A stretch of 62,488 nt of DNA, the filler included, from Sluysia triapertura (lineage: Eukaryota), in NCBI GenBank assembly GCA_046118255.1. It is 5 parts of 5 records of this genome, joined end to end, with 100 filler letters (N's around TTAATTAATTAA, not from the genome) between each part and the next. Parts side by side here need not be neighbours in the genome. Positions count along the whole stretch, not along the records: positions 27,224 to 39,022 come from JBJNIA010169702.1; positions 39,123 to 51,155 come from JBJNIA010145943.1; 3 more parts are not named here. One strand, 5' to 3'. The stretch's first letter is position 1. Each line of letters begins with the position of its first letter. A model generated the notes under the pieces. That model was not told the origin of the DNA. It made no database searches and was given only the letters and a program-made list of their open reading frames with translations. This document shows, piece after piece, positions 27,697 to 41,347 of this stretch. Position numbers and translations under genes: made by a program.

Positions 27697-28866
27697 TGTT
27701 TTATTTAAATATCGATTTAAATATTTAAACTCGAAAATATTTTTTGGACAAAAAATATGAGATTGTTCAAATTACAAAATATAATTTTGATAATATCAAA
27801 ATAAATACAACTAAAATGTCTTAGAAACAAAGATGATAACAAATATGAACCAGAAATTTGACAGGGGTTGTGCTACAAAAATAAGTTAATATTAGCAATA
27901 CTTTTAATTTATAGGGATGACATTGTTATTACATTATTACGAAAGAGTTTATCTCACTTACAAAAAATCTGGAGGTTTAGTTCACCTAATAGTAAGGCTT
28001 AAATCTGTGCAGAAGGTTTTGTCTAAAAAGAGTAAGTTACTTAATTTTGCTTTAAAAGATCACGTATTAATATATTCAGTATTTTTCGTCAACAATTTAA
28101 CAAATTTCAATAAATAGTTTAAGCTAGCCAATTATGGTATAGCGTACAATTCAAAATAGTTTAATGAGTTTAAACTTTAAGCTAGCCTTTAAGGTCTAGC
28201 ATATATTCGTCGAGATTTTAAATCGCAAAACAAAATTACGCATAATTCTGCAACTTCTTTATTAAAACTTATGACAACAATAAAAAATAAACAGAAAAAT
28301 CAATATAATAATAATGTTTTAAATAATATTTTCTCTTAATATTAAGATCACATTTTAGTGTTAAATTAAGCTGTCCATTAAGGTATAGCGTTATGTTTAA
28401 AAATTTAAGTGGATTTTAAATCTTGGTAAAATATTTAAAAAAATTAAATTACTTCTTTTTCATGGATTTGCTTGGTTGAAGATTAAAAATTAACTCCGAT
28501 GTGCACATTGAAAATTTCCAATCGCATATACTTATATATATGAGAAATTTCCAATATGGTTGTCGTTGTTTTTCATATTTAAACAAATTAATTGATTTGA
28601 ACAAAAAGTGAACTTTAAAAAAAATAATAAAATAATCTATTTAAATTTTACAAATATTTATTGTAATTTACAAAAATATTAATTTTTTAATATCAAAATA
28701 TTTAAATTATTTAGAAATCATTTTAATAATAATATTTTATTTTATAAAATAAATTTAGATGCAAAATAAATTCAAAATAACATTCGAAAATGCACTAAAA
28801 TAAATTTACATAAATGTACAACTCAACGTTATCGTTAGATTGTGACTGTAATAAAAAATTATTTAC

Positions 28867-29035
28867 CGTTCGAAGTATTATGTGTTTTTGGATCTTGTGA
28901 TGCAAAGTGGTCGAAGGTCGATAAGTCGATATTGAAAAATTTGATTGGGTTCTTCTCTATTGACGTCTGAAAAGATTTCTGTGTTGCAAATGACGGTATC
29001 GCAAGATCAGTGAATGAACACATCGTTGTTTCCAT
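28867..29035 (-). CDS. Candidate first coding exon METTMCSFTDLAIPSF...THNTSN, product unknown
   Basis: ATG-started 56-codon frame with raised GC ending at a g/gtaaat donor. Confidence 0.35.
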
Positions 29036-29080
29036 AGTATTAATTGGAAAATCAAAATTTTAATGCAAATGATATGAACA

Positions 29081-29183
29081 GACTTGGAAAAAATGGACTA
29101 ACCGAAAATCGAACCCGGCACTTCTCGCTTCACAGCTGAGGAATTAGATGCTCTGATCACTGAGCTATCAGATCCTTCTAACA
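29081..29183 (-). mobile_element. tRNA-derived SINE-like copy 3 (best preserved)
   Basis: Minus strand: tgttagaaggatctgatagctcagtgatcagagcatc...cagctgtgaagcgagaagtgccgggttcgattttcggttagtccattt; A and B boxes. Confidence 0.65.
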
Positions 29184-29859
29184 ATAAAACATTATTGTAG
29201 TCAATTATACTATCATTATTCTAAATATCATTATATTAAATATGTAATATAAACCATAAATTTACTGTCACATGCTTCATATAATGTTATTTTATGACTT
29301 TGTTCGATCTTACTATGAATTTAGATAGTTAATTTATTTTAAACTTGATGGAATTGAAGTTTTGTCAAATGTATTGAATTAAGATTGAATACTTTATGAA
29401 CAAACTCAGGATCTGGAATACATCATCAAAAACGTTTTCAAATTATGCATTAAAAATTGAAGAAAATCAATCGAAGAAATCAACTGCCCTTGAAGCATAC
29501 AAATAATTAATAGGATTGTGCTACTCAAGTAATAATTTTACTTCTTCTCCTATATGGATCCACCTTAACTTCCCTTTCAATAATTCTGTTAATTAGATAT
29601 TTGATTCTCAACGCTTAAGCATGTTCCAGATAAACCAAATAAATTGACATTTCACATATTTCTATATTTGTACTACTGAAATATCTACAAATCGACTTTC
29701 ACTAATTGGTTGATCACGAGATGGTTCATGAACTAAGTGAGAATATATTAACTTTTGTGTATCATACATATTAACTTTTGTCGATTGTCTCTTCAAGTCA
29801 TGATTCTTCTAATATTATTCTTTTATTTGTAAAATGTTGGCAAACCGTAACTACAAAAT

Positions 29860-30832
29860 ACAAAATTGTGACACCCCCTATTTTTGCTGTATATTATAAC
29901 AAATTAACAATACTAAATAAAACACGAATAAACTATTACTTATTTGTAGTTTCCAATTTTAGTACACTTTTAATTACACTATATTGCATTTAGTTATATA
30001 AATTTCGTTTCAAAAGTATAATATGACACATTGTAAGAAATTTTTATTTAAGAGACCATACAACATATTGTACAAAATTCTCACATGACAAGAAATTTAA
30101 TTTGGATGATTATAAATACTATTGGCATCATCTAAAAGATTTAAAAGAAATATTTTAAAAGTGTGGTTATTAATATGATTTTCTACAAAGTTAATTCTTG
30201 TTATTTTATGATCAAGTGTAAGTTTAGCAAGAATTTTAATGAATTCGACCCCACCACTGTTGTTTTATTGCAGTTTAGCTCTAAATCTGACATTATGTGA
30301 GTTGTATACAATGTTGTGTTATTAAAGTGCCTTAGGACGATCCATTTGTTTCAATTGTTTTTATAACTATTATCCAAATAATTGGATATTGCGTGTCTTG
30401 ATCTGTTTAACTTTTTGGCAATTCTTGCATTACTTTCTCCTATGTTTGAGTTAAAAATGCAACATCGGATGCTAGGGAAAAGATTGAAATAAAAAGTGTA
30501 AATGCATTGATTAATTCGATGATAAAAAAGTGTGTCGATGAATTGAAAAACTCAGGAACATCAATAAAATACTAATTTTGTACAATACACCTTGTATAGT
30601 CTCTTAAATAAAAAGTTTATATAATGTGCGTCGTATTATACTTTTGAAATGAAATTTATTTAACTAAATGCAATATAGTGTAATTAAAAGTGTACTAAAA
30701 TTGGAAACTATAAATAAGTAATAGTGTTTATTCGTGTTTTATTTATTAAATAGTATTATTAATTTGTTATAATATATATTGTCTGTATATGCAGCAAAAA
30801 TAGGGGGTGTCCCATACTTTTGAGTACAATAT
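29860..30832 (-). mobile_element. Tc3-like internally deleted transposon with >200-bp TIRs
   Basis: ~29862-30078 is the reverse complement of ~30575-30822; internal GESNARIAKKLNRSRHAISNYL is a Tc3-type HTH. Confidence 0.85.
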
Positions 30833-31282
30833 AGATCAATTATTTTAGAAATAAAATATTAGAGATATTAAAGACAATTTGTTTTTATATTATAATACAA
30901 ATTAAATAATAAATAGCAGTTATGTTTCAAATCAGAATGACTTATTTATTCTCACGGTTATTAAACTACTGTAATAATAATTATTATAATTATTATTGTT
31001 ATATCATTATAATAATTATTATTCTATTTTTCACATACTTAATACGTTTAAACAAACTATTTATAGATATTTTAATTATCCAGCATGATAAAATGATTAT
31101 AGGACATGTTTTAATATGGATGTATTATTATTATTATTCTTATTATTATTATTATTATTAAAAATAATACTATAAATACAAGAATTATTTTTTCATTTAA
31201 TTATTGCAATATTATTTTATTAAATTTATGACAATTCTATTTCTTGTAGAATAAAAATGTATGTTACGCATCATATTATTTT

Positions 31283-32026
31283 ATATTATTGTCCAAAAAG
31301 TAACCGAACCGCAAACTTAAATAAAAATTAGATATCAAAAACGACAAATTTAATTTCTTCTTTTATGTCATTTTATGTTACATTCGCAACTATTCATTTA
31401 CTCATCTTCTTCATACCCTAAATGAGGATGACCCAGATAAACGATTAGACTTTTGTGAAGAATCACCGGATTTTCCAGGTTGCTTCTTATGGAGTGATGA
31501 AGCTTGCTTCTAACTGGATGGACATGTTAACAAACACAGTTATGTTGATTGGGACAGTGAGAATCCCCATAGGCAGCACTGGTCTAATTGGCCCATTCTT
31601 CTTCGAAGGAACTGTTAATGCCGAACGTTACCTTCCTATTTTTCCCTTATTTCGGTTATTTTCATTTTCATTAAGATGAAGCACCTGCGCACCACACCAA
31701 AGATGTTCAACAATGGCTTGATAAAACATTTCCTTGACGTTGGATTGGACTCCAGTCTGATTTCTTAATGCGGTGAGTTCTAAAGAACACAGTTTATGCT
31801 AAAAAGACTAAGACAATCGATCAACTAAAACAATGGAACGAAATTTCAGAGGAAACTTGCCAGAAAGTATGTCACAGTGTTGTCCAAATATGTCGTGCTT
31901 ATATTGAAGTTCAAGGTGGACATTTTGAACATTTGTAAATATACTAAATATACCTATTAAATTTGTCGTTTTTGATATCTAATTTTTATTTAAATTTGCG
32001 GTTCGGTTATTTTTGGAACGCCCTTT
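31283..32026 (+). mobile_element. rosa (DD41D)-like Tc1/mariner element, deleted and defective
   Basis: ~60-bp TIRs; LNEDDPDKRLDFCE, WSDEA..LDGHVNKH, GLIGPFFFEGTVNAERYL, DEAPAH..WLDKTFP*RWIG, GGHFEHL*. Confidence 0.85.
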
Positions 32027-33389
32027 ATACATGCATATGTTGCATAATACAAAGCAAGCCTCTCTAAATTTATTCTGTTTTGTTAGCTTATATATTTAAG
32101 CAACTTTAATTAGTATCAATCTAATTTATAATAATTCTTATCCACAGTGTGTTCTATGATTATATTTAAATAATTCAATCATTAACTGCTGGACTACGCT
32201 TATTGGTTACAATTTTACTTTTGTTTTTTGACTATATAAATTTTGTCACCAAATAAATTTTGCACGAATCCCGTAGAAGTGCCTCCTACACCAGACGAAC
32301 CCTAGTTTGACTATATTCATTTTGTAAGTGATAAATTTATTTAAAAAATTGACAAAGCAAGTATTATCTTCTGGAGAATACAGTAAGTTTAAACCCTTGA
32401 GACTTTTTTGACAAATTGAACGTAATTTTAATTTTACTGTAATATATCATGATGAATACACATTTATTTTACAAACATAACTAAAATATAATTTCATTCA
32501 GAAAAAACAAGTAAATGAATATAAGATTGATTAACGATTTGGGTATATTTGACGAGTGAGACTTGTCATGTCTTACTTATCTTTTGCTTCGAATACATTT
32601 AGATCGAAACCAAACAACCTTAGATAATGCTAAACATATTCAAATAAAACAAGCTTTTTTTCTGATGTTAATTTTCTATATTCACACAAAGAAACATTAT
32701 TAATTAGCATCAAAATAATAATTTCCGCTTACTTATTATATTAAGTATATGATTTTTGAAGAATTTTATATATACTGATTATTTATTGTCGTATTTCATA
32801 AACAAAAATGTAAAATCTTATATAAATCATGTCGCTATTAATTTATAATATTTGCCTGAAGTGGAGCGGAAATAAATTGCAAAATCGAAAAGATTTGCAG
32901 CAAAGTCAATGTTTGAATGTGCGTGTGTGTCAGAAAGACAGTTTTATATCAAGATAATGAAGTATTGAAATATATATATTATATATTAATGAAATATAAT
33001 AATCGATAATTATTGAGCTTGTGTCAAGTTTGAGTATAATTAGAAAACTTGAAGATATATGACTGGAAATAACTGAACAAGTAACAATTTTAAATTGCCA
33101 ATTAAATTATGCAATAAAATCAAAAAAATGTACTAAATACAGAACATCGTGGTGAATGAAGGATAATAATAGTAATGATAATAATAATAATAATAATTTG
33201 TCTTGAATCAAATAAAATTAACTTAAATTAAATTAATTGTATCTAAAGTATATTAAAATAGTATTAATAGTACAGGTACTAGTATTTGTAGAAGTTGTTT
33301 TTGCGCATAGAATGAATCAGAAGTAACCGAGCAGTCATGATATTTGTGATCTAAGTGCACAGAAATGTGTTTATATCGATCAGTCCATT

Positions 33390-33946
33390 CAGGGCTGGAT
33401 TTAGGATTTTGAGCGCCTTGGGCAAAACAAAATTTGGCGCCCTTTCATATAAGAATATACAAATTTACTGCGAATTTAAAAAAATAGCGAAAAATCAAAA
33501 TTACACAATAAAGAACTGTGTAAAAAATTTATTTAAAAAATAAATCAATAGTTACTTACTTACAAGAGATTCAACATATGGAATAACATAACGAGCACAT
33601 TTGAAGTTTGAGCGACGAAGGGATGAGAACTTTGAAAAGTAAGTTATGCTATTCCTGTTGCATATGTGTGACATCGAAGATTTTTTGTAATGCTATTTGT
33701 CAAAAATTCATAACATAGTTAATTAAATTAATTTTTTTGAAAATCAGTTTGTGAATAGTTTAAAATATTAAAATAATTAGCGTTGTGTGACCTTTTTTGG
33801 TATTATTAAAGAAAAAAATTTATTGCTTGCTAAAAAAATCGATGTCTCATGAAAAATGATCGATTTTAATTTATAAAAATCCAAAAAAATATTTTATTTT
33901 CATATCGGTGCCTCTCAAAATTTGCCCGCCCCTTTATCCGGCGTTG
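33390..33946. mobile_element. hAT-like MITE
   Basis: cagggctggattta...ggcgccc at left, gcccgcccctttatccggcgttg at right; no TSD found. Confidence 0.5.
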
Positions 33947-34181
33947 GTTACTTGTATTCGTTATTGACTTTTATGCCTTAGCTCATAATAATTTTCATTA
34001 TTTGACGATGTCGAGGTTAAGTTTTAGAAAACATAGGTGGATTGATTTATTTTGACCATCTAACATTACTAATATTCTATTTTTGATTGTCCAATTTAGT
34101 TTGGATCATATAACTTTCTATTTTTAACTCGAAATTGTCTTGTAATACAACACTTTATATTTAATTTAATATTTCTTTAAG

Positions 34182-34647
34182 ATACACAACAAACACAATG
34201 GGGAATTGCCTGTTTTGATGCATTCTCGCAGTCAACAGTGTGTACCGTTAACATGTTCCAGTGCAGCTAGTCCTCCTATATCCCCTACTGGTATTGGTCC
34301 TAATTATAGAAACCATATTTATTCTCAGGGATCTCCTACTCCTGTTAATAATTTCAGGTTTTCTCTAGCACTAACAGAGGATGCTCAATTGCAGTTGTTA
34401 ACACCGGAACAATATACAGAGAGAGCACTTAATAAACTTTATAATAATAATATTAATAATAATAATAATGATAATAGTAATAGTAATAATAATAGTAATG
34501 GTAATAATAATAACAATAATGTTGTTGAGGCTCATATAGATAATAATAAAAATAATAATAATGACAATAATAATAATAATAATAATGATGATGATGATGA
34601 TGAACAAACAGTGATATGGTCACCATTTTCATGTAACAATAATAACG

Positions 34648-34702
<55 letters not shown>

Positions 34703-34758
34703 ACCAATAGAACCATATGATAATAGTAACCATAGTCCTTCACCACTCAGTCGCACAG
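34182..34758 (+). CDS. Penultimate exon of an Asn-rich protein of unknown family
   Basis: ag/gt bounded open frame IHNKHNGELPVLMHSRSQQC...poly-N...SPSPLSRT; phase 0/1; frame kept across (AAT)n tracts. Confidence 0.75.
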
Positions 34759-35180
34759 GTTAGCATTAAATTAACATTATAAACACTTTCTACAAGGATA
34801 AGATATGAGTTGAATTCATTTTATTGTAATTATTTTCATGTCCAAAATCGAACTTTGCGAAAATTCTCAATAATATGAACACCAAATTAATGCTCGATGT
34901 GTATATACAATCTTTATAAATGTACGCTCAAAATGTTACAAGTTCTTAAGTTCCTTGGAGGAAAATCAAAGGGAAATGTAAATAATTCCTGCACAACTTG
35001 ATGGCAGATCTATTACGATGAACTGCGATTGAGATGCACCGTTAAATCGATTTGCAGTTTCATACTCAATAACAACAATTGACTGACGTGTTTGTTGTTC
35101 ATATTGCTGTTGATGTCGGTGGACTTATTATTTTCCTAACATTACGAACATTACTCTTTTTGTACCATTATGAATATTTA

Positions 35181-35628
35181 CAGTGGTGGTCGAATATTAG
35201 ACTAGAGACTATTTTCGTGATAAAATTCAACATTTTAATTAATCACAGTTTCTATGACATAATCAAGGTGTAAGGTATCGTTAGGTCTCCTTCTTACAAA
35301 AGTGGTCTTGTAAAACACACTTGACTTCAGTCATCCTCAGTTAAATGTTAGTGTTGCTTAGCCCATGCCAATCTCTTACTGATCATCCCTGGGTCATCTC
35401 ACTCGCAAAATATTGTCTACAAGTCTCCTTCTGACTGTTCTGGCATTAACATGAATTCTGCAAGTCTCTAACTGCTTCTACAAAGTCATATTGGTAGAAA
35501 CTTTCACCAAATATCTATCATTTCTCACTGATGTTTTCTTTCTGCCACGTTTTCCCAAACAACACTTTTTGATGAACCACCTAAGAAAAACATATTCCTG
35601 TTTTAATCTAATAATTTAGCCACCACAA
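35181..35628 (-). mobile_element. Non-autonomous Tc1 deletion derivative
   Basis: TA-cagtggtgg terminus and degenerate gccaccacaa opposite end; KKTSVRNDRYLV transposase remnant; homologous to 60290-60687. Confidence 0.75.
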
Positions 35629-36586
35629 TAAAATAACAGAAACAACAACAGCATACCTGTAGAAATATTTGTTCAGAAATGAGTGCATTTTAAAACCATA
35701 CATTGGAAGTGACGTTTCACCATTAATTGTTATATCATTTGATATATTAAGTATGCTAGTGTTCATTTTTAATGATAATTGTGTGTAAATAACAGATAAA
35801 AGTGGACATAGTGCAATTACAATTATACATATAAATAAAACATATGTTCCGAATAAATGGTCGTCTTAGGTTTATAAATCAGTTATTATGTTTGATGTTA
35901 AGTAATAAATTGCATTGGTTGGTGTAAAAAATATTTCGGAACCGTTAATTTGTTTGAAAATTGTATTGTAAATTTTTTATAGTATAATTAATAAGACATT
36001 ATGTGAAATTCGTACAAATTGTACTGTTTAATGTATCCAATTGAGTACGTCTTTCGGGATTTGAATCTTATTTTGTGACACTAAAGTAATATATTTCATG
36101 TTCATTGTACATTTCATTGAATTTCGCAATATATTTCTTTTTCGTTGCATGAAGGCCAATCTACATCTGGTATTTGAGAATAATATATAACCGTCGAACA
36201 TCTAGAATCGAGTATTTCTGGTGTTATCTTTTATTAAAATAATCTGAAATTAATTGAAATTCCACTGATAACATAAAATAATCGAAAGTTTCCATATAAC
36301 TCAATACAACAATTCCAGTAATATATTTTTTCAACACTACTGTATCAAATTTTAAATTCAAGAACAATTCAGTATCAAGTACAACTATGTATTTCTGCTC
36401 CCACTTAGCTTCAACGAGAAACTTAGTCTAATAAACAGATAGTTTATAATTGCCATCAGGATTTGAATCGCAGACTAATTCATAAGTTGAATTGTAAACT
36501 GTTGAACAGTATGAAAAATTATAATAAACTTCACTTTGAATTATATTAAATAAAATAGATGATATTATTATTTCCAAATTAAAAAT

Positions 36587-37252
36587 TAGGATGGTGCACA
36601 AGTTCGTGCGGTTTTTTACAATGATGAAAAATGCATATATTGATCAAGAATAAAAACTAAAACAATTCCAGATAACAAAATGAACTTATTAAATCATTAG
36701 AAAAAACAAATATCTCAGTCTCTCAATCGGTGGGATCTTCTCCGCCACAATCGATAACTTCCTTCCACCGTTCTGGTAGTTTGTCAATCCCACGTTTGAA
36801 GAATCTTGGTGATTTTTGATCGAAAGATTCTTCAATCCACGTTGTTATTGCTTCTTCGTTTTCAAATGTGAAACCAGAAAGATGAAAATCATCATGAATC
36901 AATTGGTTCAAACAATCTTCATCAAAGTCACTAGGTCGGCCTAACCGAGGTGCATCGTTTAAATCAAAATTTCCACTGTTAAATTTCGAAAACCACTTTT
37001 GTGCTGTTCGTTCACTGACTGCCTTTTCTTTGTAAACTCAGCAAATCATTCTGGTGGCTCTGCAGCGTTTAAATGTTGATTAAAATAGAAAAGGAATAGA
37101 TGCTGGAAATGTTCATGTTTATCTATCTGACACTCCATTTTAATGAGGCTAATGAAAGTGAAAGTTAGTCTAAAGTGATTTAAATAGATAATTCAGCTGA
37201 ATTAATATAACTCAAATAAGTTTTCTTTGCAACAGATAAAACCGCACGAATT
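36587..37252 (-). mobile_element. mariner element with internal deletion
   Basis: TIR ttaggatggtgcacaagttcgtgcggtttt / aaaaccgcacgaa; MECQIDKHEHFQHL..ERTAQKWFSKF..DAPRLGRP fused directly to FFKRGIDKLPERWKEVID. Confidence 0.88.
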
Positions 37253-38583
37253 AAATTTCGATATTCATTTAATTATTTTATGATTTACACATTGAAATAA
37301 AAATTAACTAACATCATAAAACATGAATTGTATTATTAAAAGTGGAAATATCAATTAAAAACTATAATAAGATATGATGTCCTAATCTACGTGATACAAT
37401 ACAAATAATAGTACAGTGTAAACTATTATTTTGATGATAAATTGAATTTCGACAGTGTTATAATGTTATTCGGTAAAATCATAATTCATGTCGAAGGTGC
37501 GCAAACTAGGGGGCGACTCACCGGATGGGGGCACTAAAAATTTTTAAATTGTTAGATTTTACAAACAAATTTTTGTTGTTTTTTACTAATTCAAGTAATT
37601 CCATCATCTAATTCCATAATTTACGATCTTGGTGTAGAACAATCATCAAGAATATAATTTCACAGCAAATATATTTACAAATTCATAAAGCAATTATACA
37701 TGTGTACACTAGAGATGTTATGCTATTTTTAGCTGTTAATTAAAAATAACGTTAGCAGACTGCTGTCACAATCGCGAAATAGCAGCTATTAAATAACAGC
37801 GACGTGAAATATTAACAGACTTAATATTGAATTTGTGATATAAAGAATTAAAAATTAATTTCGTTAATTATTCTTTATTTTTACTAAAGAATTAGAACTG
37901 TTGCTGTTCATAATATTTAATTTATTTAATTTATAAGAAACAGAAAAAATACATTTTGTTATTAAAAATGTATTTATTTTATTTATGAAGTTTTTTTTAT
38001 AGTGGCGTTATGATTTTTTATTAAGTTGGGGATATCAAAAATAAATATTTCGAAATATTTAAAAAGTTTGCGCACGCCTGCATTATGTAATAAGAATAAC
38101 AATAATGGTAATAGAAATACCAATAATAATGATAGGTCATATGTATATGACAGGACACAATGATAATAGTAGTGATGATAAGATATATACATAAGTACAA
38201 AGACATGCATAAATGAAAAAACAAATGAAAACAACTGTAACAACGATAATATATAACAGATTTAAAATAATATAATAACACAACAATAATAATAATAAAA
38301 TGGATTTAGACAATAATGAAATTATTATGACGGTGTTTATGTTTGGTATGTATTGAGTAATAGTTTGATGAGTTGAAGTTTGTTTATGATTGTTAAGAGT
38401 TGGTTTGGACTTTACTATAGTGATGGCTCATCAAGTCGAGTCAGAGAATGCTTATTTTTGTACGTGAATACTTTCTGAGTTTCTTTTCATTTCGAATTAT
38501 ATGTGATTATAAGTATTATTACTATTATGGTTATTATAATCATAATAATTATTATTATAACTATTATGATTATTATTATTAAG

Positions 38584-38993
38584 GAAATCCTCGGCGGCCA
38601 AATTCAGTACACTTGTTGCCATCAAACTTTTCTACTCCAATTATTAATGACCAGTCAGATCACAACTCTATGATTATTGATGATGTAGAAAGCAGCAGCA
38701 ACAATATTGATCAGCCTAATCGAACAAGACCCATTTGTGAAACTCTTAATATTGGTTATGTATCTGACAGTAGTCTGTGTGAGCATCTCCCCCACTACGA
38801 TGCAGCTGTGAAATTGTTGGCTGAAGCATGTTCCAATCGAAATGATAATAATGGTCTTTTATCCTATAATGAAATTAATAATAATATTAATAATAATAAT
38901 AATAATAATAATAATGTCGAAGAAAATAACGAATTATTGCTTAATGACCTTGAAAATGACAGTGACACATTTAGGATTCATAATATAGATTAA
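38584..38993 (+). CDS. Terminal exon of the same Asn-rich protein
   Basis: Phase-1 acceptor matches the 34758 donor: GNPRRPNSVHLLPSNFSTP...LPHYDAAV...poly-N...HNID*. Confidence 0.72.
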
Positions 38994-39022
38994 TTAATCG
39001 GTGCTTTATTGTATGTGGCAAA

Positions 39023-39122
39023 NNNNNNNNNNNNNNNNNNNNNNNNNNNNNNNNNNNNNNNNNNNNTTAATTAATTAANNNNNNNNNNNNNNNNNNNNNN
39101 NNNNNNNNNNNNNNNNNNNNNN
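39023..39122. other. Artificial contig linker
   Basis: Same N44-TTAATTAATTAA-N44 structure. Confidence 0.98.

Positions 39123-39195
<73 letters not shown>
39123..39195. repeat. (TAA)n microsatellite at contig start
   Basis: Direct reading. Confidence 0.95.
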
Positions 39196-39924
39196 TGGAT
39201 GTTAGATTATCATTAAATTCACATGACTAGTTGATGTCAATATTTTAATCTTTATGCTTACACTTCAAAACTGGCTGGAAACTATATGAGTACTTTGACT
39301 CGTCTCTCTTTTGATCAGAGATGGACGTGCTATGTTTTCGTGTGGAATCAAGTTGTTTACCATTTTGTTACGCATGTGATAAACAAATCTAAATTAAGTT
39401 ATTACCAAATACAAAACTGAAACTAAATTACCTACGTGAAACATCATTTTTAAGGATTTTAGATTAAACTTTAAAATTATTTTATTTGAGTATAAAAAAC
39501 TTCACTTAACGATAATTAGAAATGTTTATTTTAATAAATGTCAAAATAAGATTCACAATATGAATAATAATTTTAACAAATTTGGATACTTATATACTAC
39601 ATTTCCTAATTCACGAATGATTTTTATCATATAATATCTAGAATATAATCAGCTTCCTAGTAATCACTACTCTATTTTCTAATTAATTTAATTATATAAT
39701 AAAAACTAAGAATTTGATAATGTAGTGTTGTGAAAATCGACGTTGTAAATATTGCAAAAAACAATTTAGAATATTAAAACAGTTTAAAAAAGAAATTAAA
39801 AAATTAAAAAACTGTTTTAAATAAATCTTAAATATTACAAATATTAATATTGCACTTACTTTATAATGTATAAAATCCACAGATATTTATGTTGCAAATT
39901 ATAAAAACGGTTATAAATGCCAAA

Positions 39925-40705
39925 AACAGATCAAATATAAACGTTAATAAAACATGAAAAATCCGCAAAAAAATGAATACTAACATACACAAAAAAACTA
40001 ACTAGCAATGTGGATGTAAATAAATAAAATATATAGTATGAAAAATAATATATAGTGAAAATGCATACAAAACGATGTTATGTACTGTAATTAACTAGTG
40101 TATAGATAGAAATTGGTTACGTAGTCATGGTATATAAGTTGAATTGGTTAGCGAGTGAAGTATTGATTAGAGCGAGATTGATTATAGAAAGGATCAGAAT
40201 TGGGTATATTAACACAATTTTACATAGCGAATGTGGCCAATGTTAATCGCGATTAAAATATTACCGATTCGATTAAGTAAGTGCAGTACCAATCTAAACT
40301 AAAGTAAAATATTTGAATTGAAAAATTGTCTTTATATAAAACGTGTGATCGATTTGTATTTGATTTTATTATATTTAAAGAAATAACTGTTGTGTAAAGT
40401 CCTGATTTAAGTTTCTATTTAAATTAGACCTAATATATAAAAACGCACGAAGCAAGTTAAAAATACTCAAGTAATTAATAACTTTGTAGTCGAAGTAAAC
40501 CGACTTTAAATTAAAATCAAGTGAATAATGATAATCAATATTAAATTTTTTAAGATGTACTACTTAAGCTCAGTAGAATATATTTTCACAGTAGTACATT
40601 TTATATTTTCACTATATATTATAATTTTAATATTGTACTGTATTCAAGTATTTATTTATTAGCGGATTTTTCACGTTTATTGGCACGTACGATTGATCCG
40701 TGATG
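39925..40705. mobile_element. MITE-like element with >100-bp imperfect TIRs
   Basis: catgaaaaatccgc...taatatatagtgaaaat versus attttcactatatatta...gcggatttttcacg. Confidence 0.55.
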
Positions 40706-41034
40706 TTTTTTTTGAAGCTAATTAAGTGTAATGGGCTCTTGCCTAAATTAGCACAAATAAGGTCTGCATCTCCATATATTGATTAATACAAATTGAAATA
40801 CAATAACAATAAACAGGAGACAAACAGCATTTGCTGTTTTTAACATATCGTTGAAATAAAAAATTGATTTTTTAATAAAAATTTTTATTAATAATTTTTT
40901 TCAACATTATAATTTTTTGTATTATATATAAAACAACTACTATAATAGTAATAATAATAATCTAGGTCTAGAACATATCAGCTAATACTGCGATAGGATA
41001 AATTTGAACTAATAAATAATAGAATAAGTAATTA

Positions 41035-41347
41035 CGTGCACCGGCATGTTGTGATGTAGAAGAGTTAGAATCATCCACATGTTTAACTCCGTATTTAAGT
41101 TCCAAATTTTTCTTGACTAGAGGACTGACCGGTTGCATTTGTGAAAGCTGTCATGGCCGGTGATTGATTTCTTGGAAGGTTGTGTTAGTCGACCGATTTT
41201 GGATGAGTAGTTATTCTTACTTAATTTGAGCACGATTTTCATGTTGACATTGAGGTGTGAAGAATAAATACATTTCATAAATTGTATTATCTTGATCTTT
41301 TTTACGAGAAACCAACCAACAATAGTGTTAGGTTTCCATCACAACCC
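41035..41347 (-). pseudogene. Decayed ag/gt-bounded exon of unknown gene
   Basis: VVMET*HYCWLVSRKKDQDNTIYEMYLFFTPQCQHENRAQIK*E*...HAGA; one frame with four stops. Confidence 0.35.

Noticed and set aside
34398-34756. Minus-strand poly-I, poly-Y and poly-L ORFs
   Set aside because: Antisense shadows of the poly-Asn exon
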